A stretch of 64,000 bases of DNA from Azolla caroliniana (Eukaryota; Plantae; Polypodiophyta). Made by a program: the position numbers and the translations under genes. Below are positions 37,301-49,137 of the stretch, piece by piece. The stretch's first letter is position 1; every line of letters begins with the position of its first letter. The DNA is taken from positions 11,718,001 through 11,782,000 of the forward strand of contig JBHGNT010000005.1 of assembly GCA_043228905.1 (NCBI GenBank). Direction: 5' to 3'. Under the pieces are notes generated by a model. It was not told the origin of the DNA and made no database searches. It worked only from the letters and a program-made list of their open reading frames with translations.

Positions 37301-37523
37301 GCTGTGTGTGCTCTGTGCGTCGGGTCGCTCTTCTGTGCTTCTGCGCCTGTATGTAGGAAAATTCGTAAAAAGTGAGCCCTTCGCAGGCCTGTGTCTTATA
37401 TAGTGGGTTGTGCCTCGAGCCGCCCTTTTTCGTTTCCCGCGCATGTTCCTCTCCCGCCATAATTAGTATGTCCTTTCTTGTTTGCCGCGTGTGAGTGCCC
37501 ACGTTCCATGCTTTAAATAGCAA
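34362..37523 (-). CDS. Retroelement extra ORF in the env-like position; globular N-terminal domain, P/E-rich linker, long coiled coil, acidic tail; likely start at 37259 (MVLSEE)
   Basis: 1053-codon open frame between the pol stop and the 3' LTR, same strand as pol; E/K/R/Q/L heptad-rich central region. Confidence 0.8.
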   Translation of the reverse strand: MLFKAWNVGTHTRQTRKDILIMAGEEHARETKKGGSRHNPLYKTQACEGLTFYEFSYIQAQKHRRATRRTEHTQRDPEQQAAEEEFETMVLSEEARQWMRENGLKGLLRIADAPPHAEPEQAAASIDISEVTEGAVQALTGIKAGGLQTIENPSSEILFEYFGEYSISSKAYRTQGGENLLFGEVARAMMEYGFVNPRPPAIAKYRAAFLIAAYEGLQIDWLHFITKGLKEAIKNLVEGKKPWAGIAQWLTVLVPPVLPITQKKRGRQETMPKKVTKCRQILEKHTPGWTQQEAEQQGEGPSRQQQEPATKTKPAGKGKGKSAEEEPVARKPIHITLRRPEPEPEVFIQKVRLVTAPEEEAETEDSSEPLVRLPARQGREKRAKGPAPPVDRTQQRAQGPSPVAEAETAPEPREAAPTPVGPDFREPVIPEKKKEQAPKPEPEKRLENQPDLSEQGHPDTGRTKPQWLRWLSEQLSGVADQLEKEETCRQQLTHTTTQELVALRTQIEEMQGELLQAREGIQQAQAVTEPVGTTRKQPEPEPEPVALQTGPETEKLIETLREELKAQEALREREREQRKVVEDDRRKMEEDLRKGRAANDRLQEEKEKLQKEKDRLRRHAEQEIERLQEELRQQKDRDDRLRAQATRRLKQKTEDFDRLYRDHKQAESDNKKRAADYDRQIEKLKEQLKETRLDLAKAMDEVSANKEALSAEIAQATERRKELEALRREKLDLTKIRNEEKEKSTFTISKLQSTYEKQKADYEAQAQIMADIIKRTRKEKQEAYAHAKAGVDRIKLIMSGWSTRAQASINGSTEKLWKEWSQQAAELQTLRADAENRRKTGDRFYKMDEESIVAIREELSEDFYTLAEEHLKEIRGLVERLDDRQLATQLELERYEQDRLRQEAKGRTTPITISEGERLAEDEPTDTEQPRRGIPEDELEEEQEQTDAREEEELRPEDTRAEEGGISSRPVETGESDTGNRTEPGTEGEQEEPRRSGEEAPAPQNQAEPEQQIFTEQPTQPEVGDQAGKEQEQEEEAPLDTIEQSVLDILEED

Positions 37524-37699
37524 GTACGCGCACGTCCTTCTTTAATGCATGGCGCCTCTTCGTTGCATGGTGGCGCTCCCACCTCTTGTGATCTCCCCAT
37601 CATTATGATGATTCGCGTCGATTTTGCCCACGTCATTTTTTATTATTTATTTATTTATTTATTTATTTTTATTTTTTATTTTCCTTTGCTTGGACCACG

Positions 37700-40600
37700 T
37701 CATTTGCTGGTCCCCCCCGATTTGTTCGGGTCGGTTCGTGTGGATACCGGATCCTTCTGTCGGTTTTCCGGGATAGTCTTCGTCAGTATCGGTTTCGGTT
37801 CTTCCTCGGTCCGAATATCTTCAGCAGCGTCTGTCGGTGTCGGTTCCTCATCTTGCCGGATTTCCGGGTTTTGGTTGAACGGGTTGGCTGGCATATTTCC
37901 CTTATATGGCTTTAGTCGAAATCCATTTGCCCACTTGCCGATGACATCTCCAGACAACGTGCCGAGCTGATACGACCCATTGTACTCCTTGGTGATCCAG
38001 AACGGTCCGGTCCATCGAAACCGCAACTTTCCCGGCATGTTCCCCATCCGTGTCTGGAATAGTAGTACCGGTTTCCCGACCTCGAACTCCTTTTCATTGC
38101 CACGCCGGTGTCGGTCCACGAAGGCTTTTCTCCTCCTTTGCTCCAGTTCGAGTTGTAGTAAGCTGGCTATTCGGTTTTCCTCTAATTCCAACAACGTCGC
38201 CAGCCGGATTCGTTCGGACTCGTTCTCACTTAAGCGCTCCTTCACCTGAATCCGTAAGCTGGGGATCTGGAACTCTACCGGCATGACCGCTTCTAACCCG
38301 AATGCTAGTCGGAACGGGGTTGTCCTGATGCTGGTTTTGTACGTTGTTCGGTACGCCCATAGCGCGCTTTGCAATTTCGTATCCCAGTCGGTCCGGTTCT
38401 CGTTGACGATTTTTCGTAGGATGTTCTGCAAAGTTTTGTTCGTTGATTCCACTAGTCCATTGGCTTGAGGGTAGTAGGGAGTACTCTTTTTATGTACCAC
38501 CGCGTAAAATGACGTCAGGCTTTCTACTACCTGCCCGAGAAAATGTCCTCCTTGGTCACTTATAAGCTCGATCGGGCATCCATACCGGCACCATATGCAC
38601 TCGTACAGAAACTTTGCCGTGGACGCGACCGTGTTGTCCCGTAAGGCCTTTGCTTCTACCCATTTGGTGCAATAGTCGGTCGCCACTATGACATACCGAT
38701 TTCCGGTTCGCATTGCCGGTGGTTTGAAGGGACCGACAAAGTCCAACCCCCACTTTTGAAACGGTTCTAAGGGAAAGACCGGGTGGTGTGGCATCCGGGC
38801 CTGCTCTGTGGGTTGGCCCAGTCGTTGACACAATTCGCATTCTCTGCTATGCTTCACGGCATCTTTTAGGGTGGTCGGCCACCACAGTCCGCTTTGCCAT
38901 ATTTTCCGAGCGGTTGCGTCGCCGGCATAATGCCCGCCGGCAATTCCACAGTGGGCTTCCCTGAGGATTAGATCCTTCTCATTGCTCCGCACTGCTCGTC
39001 TCCAGATGCCATCTGCCCCCTTGTGATAGAGGGTGTCTCCAACCAAGCAGAAATGTCTACTTCTTACTGCTACCCTTTTCCTTTCATCGCGGTCCATGTT
39101 CTCTGGGGGAACTCCGGTGCTCAGGAACTGATGCATCTCAGTTAGCCATGTGTCTTCATCGGCTACCGTTGTATCCGTTGCCGGTTTCGTCGTGATCCGG
39201 AACAATTCGGCGTCGGGAAACTCATCCTGGACGCCGTCCCCTACTTCTCCAGATTCGAGTCTGCTTAGATAGTCCGCTACCGCATGCTGCGCCCCGGGTC
39301 GGTGGAAAATGTCGAATTCAAATTCCTGTAGTAGCAGTGTCCACTGTGCAATTTTTCCCGTCAGGGATGCCTTCGAGACCAGGTAGAGTAGTGCCGAATG
39401 GTCGACATGGAAGGAAAACTTCCTTCCGAGCAGATAGTGCCTGTACTTTGTGACACTATACACCATTCCCAATGCCTCGCGTTCCGTCGTAGAGTAATTC
39501 CGTTCGGCTTTTGAGAGTTTTCGGCTTGCGTAGTACACCGGTCGGTACCATTTCGGCTCTGTGAGTTGCATCAGAACGCTGCCGATTGCTACGTCCGACG
39601 CGTCGACGAAGACGTGAAAGCTTTTACTCCAATCCGGCGGTTGCACCACCGGGGCTTGCGACAGCATAACCTTCAACGCTTTGTAGGATTCCTCCTCCGT
39701 CTCCGCCCATAGGAAGGGTACCCTATGTACGGCGGTATGTAACGGTGTAGCGAAGTCCGCGAGGTGCCGTATCATCCGGCTATGCCACCTTATTTGGCCC
39801 AGGAACCGGCTTAAAGCCTTTGCATTACTTGGTGCTGGTGCATCGAGAATCGCCTTGACTTTATCCGGATCTACCGCGATTCCTTCCTTACTCACCACGT
39901 GCCCTAGCAAGTTGCCGCTTGCCACTCCAAAGACGCACTTGGCCGGATTCAGGCTCGATCGGTACTCGCGGCACTTCTCCAAGCACAGCCAGAGGTGATC
40001 AAGATGCTCTCCGTGCCGGCTATAGACCGCAAAATCGTCAAGGAAGACCTGCATAAAACCGGGGATATATTCCCCGAAAATTTCCATTATTATCCTTTGA
40101 AAGGTCGCTGGAGCCGTCTTTAGTCCGAACATCATCACGACCGCGACGAACACTCCCCATTCCGTCACGAACGCTGTCTTCTCTTGGTCGGCCGGGTTCA
40201 TTCGTATTTGGTTGTAGCCGCTAAATCCATCCAGGAAGCTGTAAACTTCGTGCCCGGCTACCGCATCTAACACCCCGTCCGTAAATGGTAGTGGAAACGC
40301 ATCGGTCACTGTTGCGGCATTCAGTTTTCGGTAGTCCACGCATACCCGGATTTTGCCGTTCTTTTTCGGGACCACCACTATCGGACTCAGCCAGGTTGCC
40401 TGCTTGACCGGTCGGATAAATCCGACTCGGAGGAGCTTATCAATTTCCTCCTTCACCTTTGCCGCATAATTCGGATTCATCCGGTACCTGCGTTGAGCAA
40501 TCGGTTTCGCGTCCGTACTTAGGTGAATTTGGTGCTGATAGAGCTGGGGGTCCAGCCCTCGCATGTCTTCGTACGACCACGCGAACACATCCTTGAAGTC

Positions 40601-43600
40601 TGTTAACAATGCTACCATTGCCTTCTTTTCTTCCTTTGGCAATTCCTTTGCAACATTTACCGGTCGGGGCTTGTCTGCTGTGCCGAGGTCCACCTCCTCG
40701 AGTTGGGATGCTTTTACCCTCTGGGATATCGTCATTTCCCTCTCTAGGGATTCCTGCGCTTGTCGCAGTTCCCGGATCGCCGCTTGGTCCGGTTCTTCCG
40801 GCGTCGTAATGTACGGTTCTACTGCCGCCGTGATATCCACCTCAAATAGTGGGACGATTCGTGGGTGTTCCTCGAGGTACCGCTCGACTTCCTCGTCCGG
40901 TAATCCCTCCAACATGTTAATGCTTTCCGCATACAATGGAGTTGCTTCCTTACTGGTGATCACCCGTGGTTGCGTCGTTACTCGTACCTTTGTTTTCCCT
41001 CGCCGGAATGTGATCATGTTCTTTTGCCAGTTCTGCTTGATATGCGCCGTTCGCAGCCATGGTCGTCCTAGCAGTAGGGGGTACGCGCCTTGTACATTCA
41101 GCTGCAGCACCACAGCCGATATCCGGAATACGTGGCCTCCGATCGTTATTTCCAAATCCCGGATAAGCCCGGTTGGTCGGACTGAGCTAGTATCCGCCAT
41201 GCGTAACCAGAAGGGGCATGGTTCCCATTCCCGGATGCCCAGGTCGTTGCATGTCTGTTGGCTGATGACATTTACCCCGGAGCCTCCGTCAATAATCGTT
41301 CCAGCAATTTCCTTTCCTTTCACGATCGCCGTGATTACCGGGCTACTTGTATCGACCACCGCTGCTCCTTCCTCCAGGTTGGAGAAGAATGCCGGTGCTG
41401 GCGTCGGCTTCGGTTTGCTGACGGATGCCTGTAGGTCTGCCGTAAATCGTGGCACTAACTGTAGTAGTCGTGCTAATGGCAGCACGATTTGACAGTCCTG
41501 TAGCGCTTGCCACGTCGGGTTTTCTCCTGGCTGTATGATTTCTTCGTCTTTTGGCATATTTTGGTCTCTTACTTCTGCCGCATTCTGTTCATTGGCCTCC
41601 TTGATCCATTGTGTCGCTTGTTTTCTGATTGCCTCCTGGGCTTCCCACTCGGCAGTCTTTCCCTTTGACCAGGTTGTGACCTGCTGTACTTCTGTTATTT
41701 CGGCTGTAACCATGTTGACTTCCGGCTGCTTGTCATAGCTTTTGCTTGGGCATTGGTTACTATAGTGGCCTTCCTTGCGGCAATAATAACAGTACACCTT
41801 GTGACTGTTGCTCGTTTCTCCTTTGTCCCCGGTTTGGAGGGTAGGTATGCTCCGGCGGTCGTCTTCGGTTTTTCGGTTATCCGGTACCGATACCGGGTTG
41901 TCATTCCTTGCTGCCCCCCGACGTTCCTCTCTTCGGAAAAATCCACGCTTCTGATTTCGTCGGAAATTTCGGTTCCCTTGTCACCTCTCTTCTCTGCGTC
42001 GGTCGTATTCCGGGGATTCGTCTCGGTCGTGCCGGTCCTGGGGGTAGCTATCTTTGCGTCTCTCCTCTCGGTCATAGTTGTCGCGTCTTCTATCAGCGTA
42101 TCCTTGTCGCCTCTCTTCTCTGCGTCGGTCGTCTTCCGGGGATTCGTCTCTATCGTACCGGTCCCGGGGGTAGCTATCTCTGCGTCCCTCCTCTCGGTCA
42201 TAGTTGTCGCGTCTTCTATCAGCGTATCTGTTACCGCGTTCGCGTTGGTAGCGGTCGTCTCTCCGGAATCGATCCTCGTCCGGGTTCTGATTGCGCGGTT
42301 CTATGTGTCGAACCGGTGCTGCCTGCCGATTTAACAGGTTATATTCGCATCGGTCCGTTGTATGGGCTCGAGAGTTGTAGATCACACATTGTGTCCGCAG
42401 GGTGCAATCCACTGTTGAGTGCCCCGAATTTAGGCATGTTGTACATTGTAAGGCCTGTCGGAACCTCAGGTCTTCCTCCTTTGGGAGTGCCCGGTGTAAC
42501 ATCCCCATCGACAAGAACGGGCTAGTCTTGTCCATTTCTAAAACCCGATCAATAACTTGGTCCATTGTGCTGGTTTGGAAATCAAGGACTCCGCACATTG
42601 TTCGAAGTGGCTCTTTCAGTGCGGCCAGAAAGACTGCTTTGGCTTCGTCTTCGGGTGGTGCTCTTGTCAGTTGGCTGTGCAGGGTCTGGAACCGAATGAT
42701 GAATTGTGGCATAGTCTCGTTCTCTTCCTGCCGGGTGGTGTAGAACTGCCCAACCAATTCCCTTTGCTCAAATTGTCTGTGAAAAAACCTGAGGAATCTG
42801 GCCTTCAAGGCATCGAATGTGGCAAAGCTGCCCGGTAAGTGCTTTTCGTGCCATTGGGCCGCCGGTCCTTCTAAGGTTATGCCGAATTCGGCGATTTTGG
42901 ATCGTTCGGCTTCGGGCTCCGTCAGTCTTTGGGAGATATGGTTGGCTTCTCATGTTTGGAGGAATGCGTACACGTGTGCCTCCGCGTCGGCCTCATCCCG
43001 GTACTTTGGGTATGGGTACAGCATCGTGTCGTCCAACTGACTCTCCTGTTTCCTCCGCTCTCTGTCCGCTGTTGGCGTTGGTGTGAGAACCTTTGGTTCC
43101 TCCGCGGTTGTTGCCAGTGTCTGGTCCGTTGGTTCCTCCGTGGGTGTTGTCGGTATCCGCTCCCTCGGTTCCCTCGCGGTTGTTGTCGGTATCCGGTCAG
43201 CCTTTCTCGGCGGTTGCCGGTCACCGAATTCCAGGGTTATTTCTTCCTCTGGCGCCGGTGTTACTGAGTCTTCCGACCCCTCGTCCTCCCAGTCGTTTGG
43301 CGTGTCGTGGTTGCTTTTATACTGGGATGCAACGCTTCCGTCGCTTTCCGACTCCGCCTCAAGTGTTGCGAATGCTTCCGAGTCCCCGTCGCCCGCGGCG
43401 AGCGTCTGCAGTATCGTTTCCGCCTCTTGCAGGCTTGTTATGCTACTGCCTTCGTCGGGGATTTGCAGAACCCGGAACTGCAGTGCTTCTTCTGTGACTC
43501 TCCGAAGAGTTTTGGAGAATGACCGATCCCGCCAGATCTCGTCGACGGCTTGCTGCAGGGCTTCCCGTCGTTGCTCGCGTTCGGTGTATCGTCTCCCTCG

Positions 43601-43633
43601 TTCGGTGATGTGGTCGTCGTTTGGTCTAGACAT
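37700..43633 (-). pseudogene. gag-pol polyprotein of the gypsy element: one reading frame with two premature stops (42950, 41981)
   Basis: ORF pieces 42950-43633, 41981-42808 and 37700-41797 share a frame; protease IIDGGSGVN, RT (CVDYRKLN, LDGFSGYNQI, MMFGLKTAPATFQ, FLDDF), RNase H (FVDASD, YSTTERE), integrase (AHCG..GH..CELCQ, WGLDF, ISDQG, PQANGLVE). Confidence 0.92.
41975..42226 (-). repeat. Two-copy 126-bp in-frame tandem repeat encoding an Arg/Asp-rich 42-aa unit in gag
   Basis: YADRRRDNYDREEGRRDSYPRDRYDRDESPEDDRRREERRQG followed by a near-identical copy. Confidence 0.88.
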
Positions 43634-46600
43634 CCATCCCCCGGTTGTCCTCTGCACTTTGCAAGAATCGTGGTCGCCAAAATAGTGTTGCCTGTCTGGC
43701 CGGACTAGCCTCAACACAGGTGTCTATCCGACACTTCTCCAAAGGGGTGGTAAGGGTTGGATGCTAGGTTACACGCGTAAGATGATTACAATTAAGCACA
43801 GACGGTAAACAATACGAGATACAGATAGACACGCAATAATTACTATTGTATTACTTCCGTCCCCCCTTTACAAATCATCGGATCCTTTTATAGGCATCCG
43901 GCAAGGTTACAATCGGTGCGCTTAGGCAACCGACATCCGAATCGGTCCGGATCCGGATCGGTACCACTGTACCGGATCCGTCCCTCCGAATAATAATTCT
44001 ACTATTATTTACTTCCTATTATCCGATCCGATTCCGCCTTCCCACTTGTCCTTGCTCTTCTGACCGGCCACCAGAGGCGGTTCGGACTGCTGTCTACATC
44101 CAAAACCGGATCGGTGACAAGGTGTCAGAACATGAGCCGTATTTCGGGCAAAAGCCGAATTTGAGACACCTTCGGATATTCGGTAGCATAGCATATGTGC
44201 ATGTACCAGATGAGAAGCAGAGGAATCTGGATCCGAAGTCGGAGAAGTGCATTCTAGTCGGTTACTCGCATGAGCAAAAGGGGTATAAGTGCTAGAACCC
44301 CCGGACTAAGCAAGTCTGAGTAAGCCGAGATGTCGAGTTTGATGAGACGACATCATGGTACTCCTCACCAACTCCAACTCCCGACGAAGACCCAATTCTG
44401 GAAGATGCGGCTAGTGAGCCCGAGGAGGTCCAGGTAGAAGATGAAGACTTCGGCACTCTAGAAGAGAGTGTGATCTCATTCCGACTAAGTGGACCGAATG
44501 AGCGGTTGAGTCGGGATGACCAGTCGGATGAGGAACCAATGAGTAGTGGAGACTCTGGCGTGCTCTCCCCGTGCAAGGAACCGAGGAGATGGTTCACGTG
44601 CAAGGAAAATGGGAAGAGGAAGATGCGGGAGCACGAGACCGGCAATGGTGAGTCGGATCGGAGCGGATCCGATTCCAGAAAAGAAGAAGGCGGATCTTCG
44701 GCAACAAAGACCAAACCGGTCAAGAAGGGCCTCAAACCGGGTAATGATAAGTTACCCCGGTCTTCCCGCCAGAAGAACCCCGTGAAGCGGTATGGGTACA
44801 ATGAGTACATGGCGCATCACTATGCGTACATGACCAAGGTGGCGAAAGTGCGTGAGCTAGAGAGCTACGCATAAGCGGCAATGGATGCAAATTGGCGTGC
44901 CACTAAGAAATGCAGGCACTTGATGCCAACGACACTTGGGACCTAGTTGACCCTCCCCGACACTGTAAACCGATCAGATGTAAGTGGGTGTACAAGGTAA
45001 AGTACAATGCCGACGGTTCGGTTAACCGGTACAAGGCTCGGTTAGTGGTGAACAGATATGCACAGACCCACGGAGTTGACTACGACGAGACCTTCGCTTC
45101 GGTAGCGAAGATGTTGATGGTTCGTGTGGTGTTGGCAGTTGTTGTGGTGAGGGGGTGGCATCTTCACCAAATGGACGTGAAGAATGCATTTCTTCAAGGA
45201 AATCTTGAAGAAGAGGTCTTTATGACCCAACCCCCTGGTTTCCAGTTAGAGATGAACAAGTCGGTGGTATGACGGTTGAAGAAGTCACTTTATGGCCTGA
45301 AGCAAGCCCCCTGAGCTTAGAATGCGAAGATCACGCACCGGTTGTGTAAGATGGGGTTTGCGGCCTCCAAGTCCGACTCTTCGTTGTTCATCTGGCAAGG
45401 TCCGGATGGTCCGGTTTGCATCTTGCTGTATGTTGATGATCTAGTCATCACCAGACCCGGACTCGATGAAATCAACTGAGTCAAGTCCCAGCTGTCGGAC
45501 GCATTTGAGATGAAGGACTTGGGGGACCTTCACTATTTCCTTGGGATCGAGGTGATCCGAACCCCCGACGGCATATTGCTCTCACAAAGACACTATGTGT
45601 TGAATATGCTGTACAAGTTCGGCATGACGGAATGCCAATCGATCTCCACACCCCTGGACCGAAACTAGAAGCTTTGTCTCGACTCTGGACCGGCCTATGG
45701 TGAGAAGTGGTTCTGACAAATCATCGGAAGCCTTATATATTTGACAATCACCTGACCCGACATCAGTTATCTGGTCGGCATGATTAGCCAATATATGTAG
45801 AAGCCAACTGTGGAGCACCTTCTATGCGCATCGAATTTTGCGATATGTGAGCAGCACGAAGGACCGGGGACTATTATACTAGCATGGTATAACCGAAGAG
45901 CTAGTCGGCTACACCGATGTTGACTGGGCCGATGATGCATCGGATCGCCGATCCACCTCCAGCTATATGTTTTCCCTTGGTAGCGTGGCTATTGCGTGGA
46001 GCAGCAGGAAGCAGCCAATAGTGGCCCTTTCGAGCACTAAGGCTGAATACCGGGGCGCTACCGTTGCCACCTGTGAAGCCATTTGGCTTCGGCGACTGCT
46101 GCAAGCCTTGCGGATCGAGGTGCCGACCCTGATCCTAATCTACTACGACAACATAAGCAGCATGCAGCTCGCCAAGAACCCCGTATTCCATGCTCACACA
46201 AAGCACATAGAAGTGCACTACCACTTCATGCGTGAGCATGTCCTGAGCGGTGAAGTCGAACTTTGGTATGTTCATACGGATCGGAAAGTTGCCGACATCT
46301 TCACCAAACCGCTCGGATCGGACAAGTTGCAGCACTTCACCGAAATGCCTGGTGTTCAGCATCTCGACGTGCCACACTTGAGGGGGAGAACGGGAAAGGC
46401 AAAGAAACTGCCGATTGTGCTGGTGAGGGAAGAACCAACAAAGGGAGAGACAAGAAGAAGAAGGAGCCGAGTCGACAAAGGAAGTTGACACATCCGAACA
46501 AGTCGGAACAAGCGGCAACGGCGGTAGAGTCAAGAAGGACAGAGTTGACCGGAAGAAGAAGGCCAAAACCCGGACATGGTCCGATGTGGTGAAGGGCCTG

Positions 46601-47838
46601 GAACTGGAAGATGAATTGGGAGCGACCGATTCGGACAAGAGCTGGAACGAATCAGAGACAACCGATTTGGTTCAACAGACGGATTCGGAAAAACCAGATG
46701 AATTCAAGGCCAAGAGGACGAGAAGGCAGCGAAAGACGACGCCAATGCGAAGGAATCGGCGAATCGGCAAGCGCTGAAGTCACAACATTGAGGGAGCTGA
46801 ATTGGGCCTGTTGAGCAAACAAGCTGACCGAGGAGGTCGAGGTGCACAGAATTAGAAGGGTCGCGGCAAACGGGACCGGACCGGATGAGGAGCGCGAGCG
46901 AGGCGGAGTGGAAGGACTGGAAGGAGCCGGGTGGAAGGACTGGCTGCCATGGAGACTGACACTACGATCCGACCTCAAGTTGAGCTTGAGGGGGAGTGTT
47001 GAGCGGCAAGCTCAACCGGATCCGGATCGGCATCCGGAAGGATGAGCTAGATCAGTGAGCCGATGAGCAAGCGAGCTGGTGAGCTGGAGGGCCAGTTAGC
47101 CGGATTAAGTAGTAACTGGAAGCCTAGTAGTAGCCTAGACTACTAGGTAGTTAATGTCTCGTAGTTAGTGTGAGATGCTCGTGTGAGCATTAAAGTACAT
47201 TGTACCTCTGTCAGTTCTCTTAGGACTTGTATAAATAGTGTTGTTGAGCACGTTGTATGTATAGAGAATTTTACAGAGTTGTTGATAATAGATTTAAGTT
47301 GTTCTACTCTTTCTTTGTCTCTCCTGCATACCTTCTCTGTGTTAATCTCTCTCTCTGTTGCTATCCGACTGAGCCGGTTGTGTAACGCTTCCGCACCTTT
47401 ATTTTTACAAAGGTTTTATCCCAATTGGTTTCTCCTATGCACTGATCCATAGGCCCTGGGTTTTATCTCAATTGACGTTGACTCCAAAGGCCTGTCAAAA
47501 GTCCTCGACAAGTTGTTCCACTTGTTGCAATGATTTGTCCAGACATTGGATATTATAGTGTTAGGCAAAGTCCTAAATAACAATCTAGTTTGATGAAAAA
47601 TAGGGCATCAAACTCATTTTTAATTGTTGTGATGCAATAATTTACATAATTCACTAGGCAATGTCATCACATTAGTTTGCAAGCATTTAAAAAAAACTGG
47701 AATCAAGTTGGTTAACATTTTTTGAATCGACTATTGTAAGCAATTTCAAAATAAAATAGAAGCTAGAAAATAGGGCCACATAAAGTTTGTATAAAACAAA
47801 AGATGAAAAAACTCTAACTTTTTGCCTCCTACTTCTTT

Positions 47839-47935
47839 AAATAGCCTCACTCTATTCTTCTCCAAATAGCCTCACTCTATTCTTCTCTAGTGTTCCATTT
47901 CTCCAAATAGCCTCACTCTATTCTTCTCTAGTGTT
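47839..47935. repeat. Short tandem repeat (aaatagcctcactctattcttctc, three copies)
   Basis: Read directly. Confidence 0.8.
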
Positions 47936-48155
47936 CTTCTCCCGTGCCAAGTACTCTCTCTCCCACAAGAAAATGGTCTATCAAATGTTTTTGTTTTGGA
48001 CTAAAAGAGATTGTGAGCTAAACCTAATGAGCCATAGACTCAATTGACTATTGCTTCACCAACTATTTGGGTTGCAAGAAAACATTGTCAAGGGATTTGA
48101 TTACTACCCTAGTGCAAACTCATGTTAAGGAGTATGTTGCGAAGGTTTTAAGAGG

Positions 48156-48750
48156 ATGAGAGGCTCTCTAGCTCGAGAGTTCATGTGCACTCTAATAAAA
48201 TCTCCAAGCATAAAAAAAATCATAATTCAAAATAGGTATCACTTGCCTCTAATCTCAACCCTTTTGGGGTGCTCAAGTGTACTTAAATACTTCACAACAT
48301 TTGACATTCAAGGTGCTTATAATTTGGTTCAAATTGTTCCAACCAATGAGTGGAGGACTACATTTCACACTCAATGTGGAGATTTTGAGCACATAGTTAT
48401 GCCTTTAAGTATCATGAATGTGCCATTCGTTTTCCGGCACATGGTCAATGATATTTTTCAATATTTCTTAGGCATATTCTCCACTTTTTATTTGAAGGAC
48501 ATCTTTATCATTTCCAAGACTCAAAAGGAGCATGATGCACATGTTCGTAAAGTTCTATACTGGTTATGAGAATATGGTTTTTAAGTCATTCTTGAAAACT
48601 GTAGTTTGGATCACAATCAAATGGAACAAGTGGAATTATAAGCGATATAGTGTCACCTTAAAGTATCACTATGAATCTAAGAAAGGTGAAAACGATTCTA
48701 GACTACCAAACACCAAGACCCATGCGAGATGTACAATGTTTCAATCCATG
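48156..48750 (+). pseudogene. Highly degenerate gypsy (chromovirus-like) reverse transcriptase fragment
   Basis: NRYHLPLISTLL...YFTTFDIQGAYNLVQI...EWRTTFHTQCGDFEHIVMP aligns by eye with the RT in ORF 60655-63798. Confidence 0.8.
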
Positions 48751-48895
48751 TCCATACACGGTGGTATGGGGAGGACTTAGATCTATCTCTCACCTTCATT
48801 ATGGGGTGATCGGGTGAACTAGCACCATTTCTTCCTTATTTTCCATTTTAATTTTGCGTAATCTTAATTAAGATTCTGACAATTGGTATTAGAGC
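48750..48895 (+). mobile_element. Possible LTR end plus PBS remnant
   Basis: ...tctgaca-at-TGGTATTAGAGC (one mismatch to the tRNA-iMet PBS) at 48884-48895; no downstream gag recognised. Confidence 0.35.
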
Positions 48896-49137
48896 GTGAT
48901 TAACGTTTCTTGTGTTGACTAGTTTTTTTTTATGTTTTTCTTAATCCTGAAGCAATAAATGGAGTGTGTTTTCTCGGTCCATGAACAAGCAACTCAAGAA
49001 CTTCAGTATTCTTCATTTCTATTTTTTCTTTTATGATAATGTAAAATAATTTCTTCCTCTTCTACGAAGAAGGGGTGATTGGTTCATCAATATGTGTGAT
49101 TATATGTGGTAGTTCAATTTCGCGTTTAACACCAAAT

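Larger units (their letters stand above)
33983..44073 (-). mobile_element. Near-intact Ty3/gypsy element (Athila/Tat superclade-like) with an extra 3' ORF, ~10.1 kb
   Basis: LTRs 33983-34311 and 43686-44073; perfect TSD GAGGC (33978-33982, 44074-44078); PBS TGGCGACCAC at 43670-43679. Confidence 0.96.
31479..47409 (+). mobile_element. Ty1/copia (family A-related, copy 3), degenerate, interrupted by a gypsy element
   Basis: LTRs 31479-31899 and 46997-47409; near-TSD AAAGT/AAGGT; PBS 31900-31911; PPT gagggggag before 46997; integrase FYWVEA|VRTAVYIQNR split at 33982/44079. Confidence 0.94.

Noticed and set aside
40563-41492. 309-aa plus-strand ORF and many similar antisense ORFs over retroelements
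   Set aside because: Shadows of GC-rich gag/pol frames on the opposite strand; no motifs
41981-41983. Stop between gag and pol as a programmed readthrough site
   Set aside because: It corresponds to a CGA codon in the neighbouring repeat copy, so it is most simply a C>T mutation
49131-49137. Left flank accaaat matches the PBS-side accaaat, suggesting longer LTRs
   Set aside because: TG...CA termini and the CAAAT TSD fix the boundaries; the 7-bp match is probably chance
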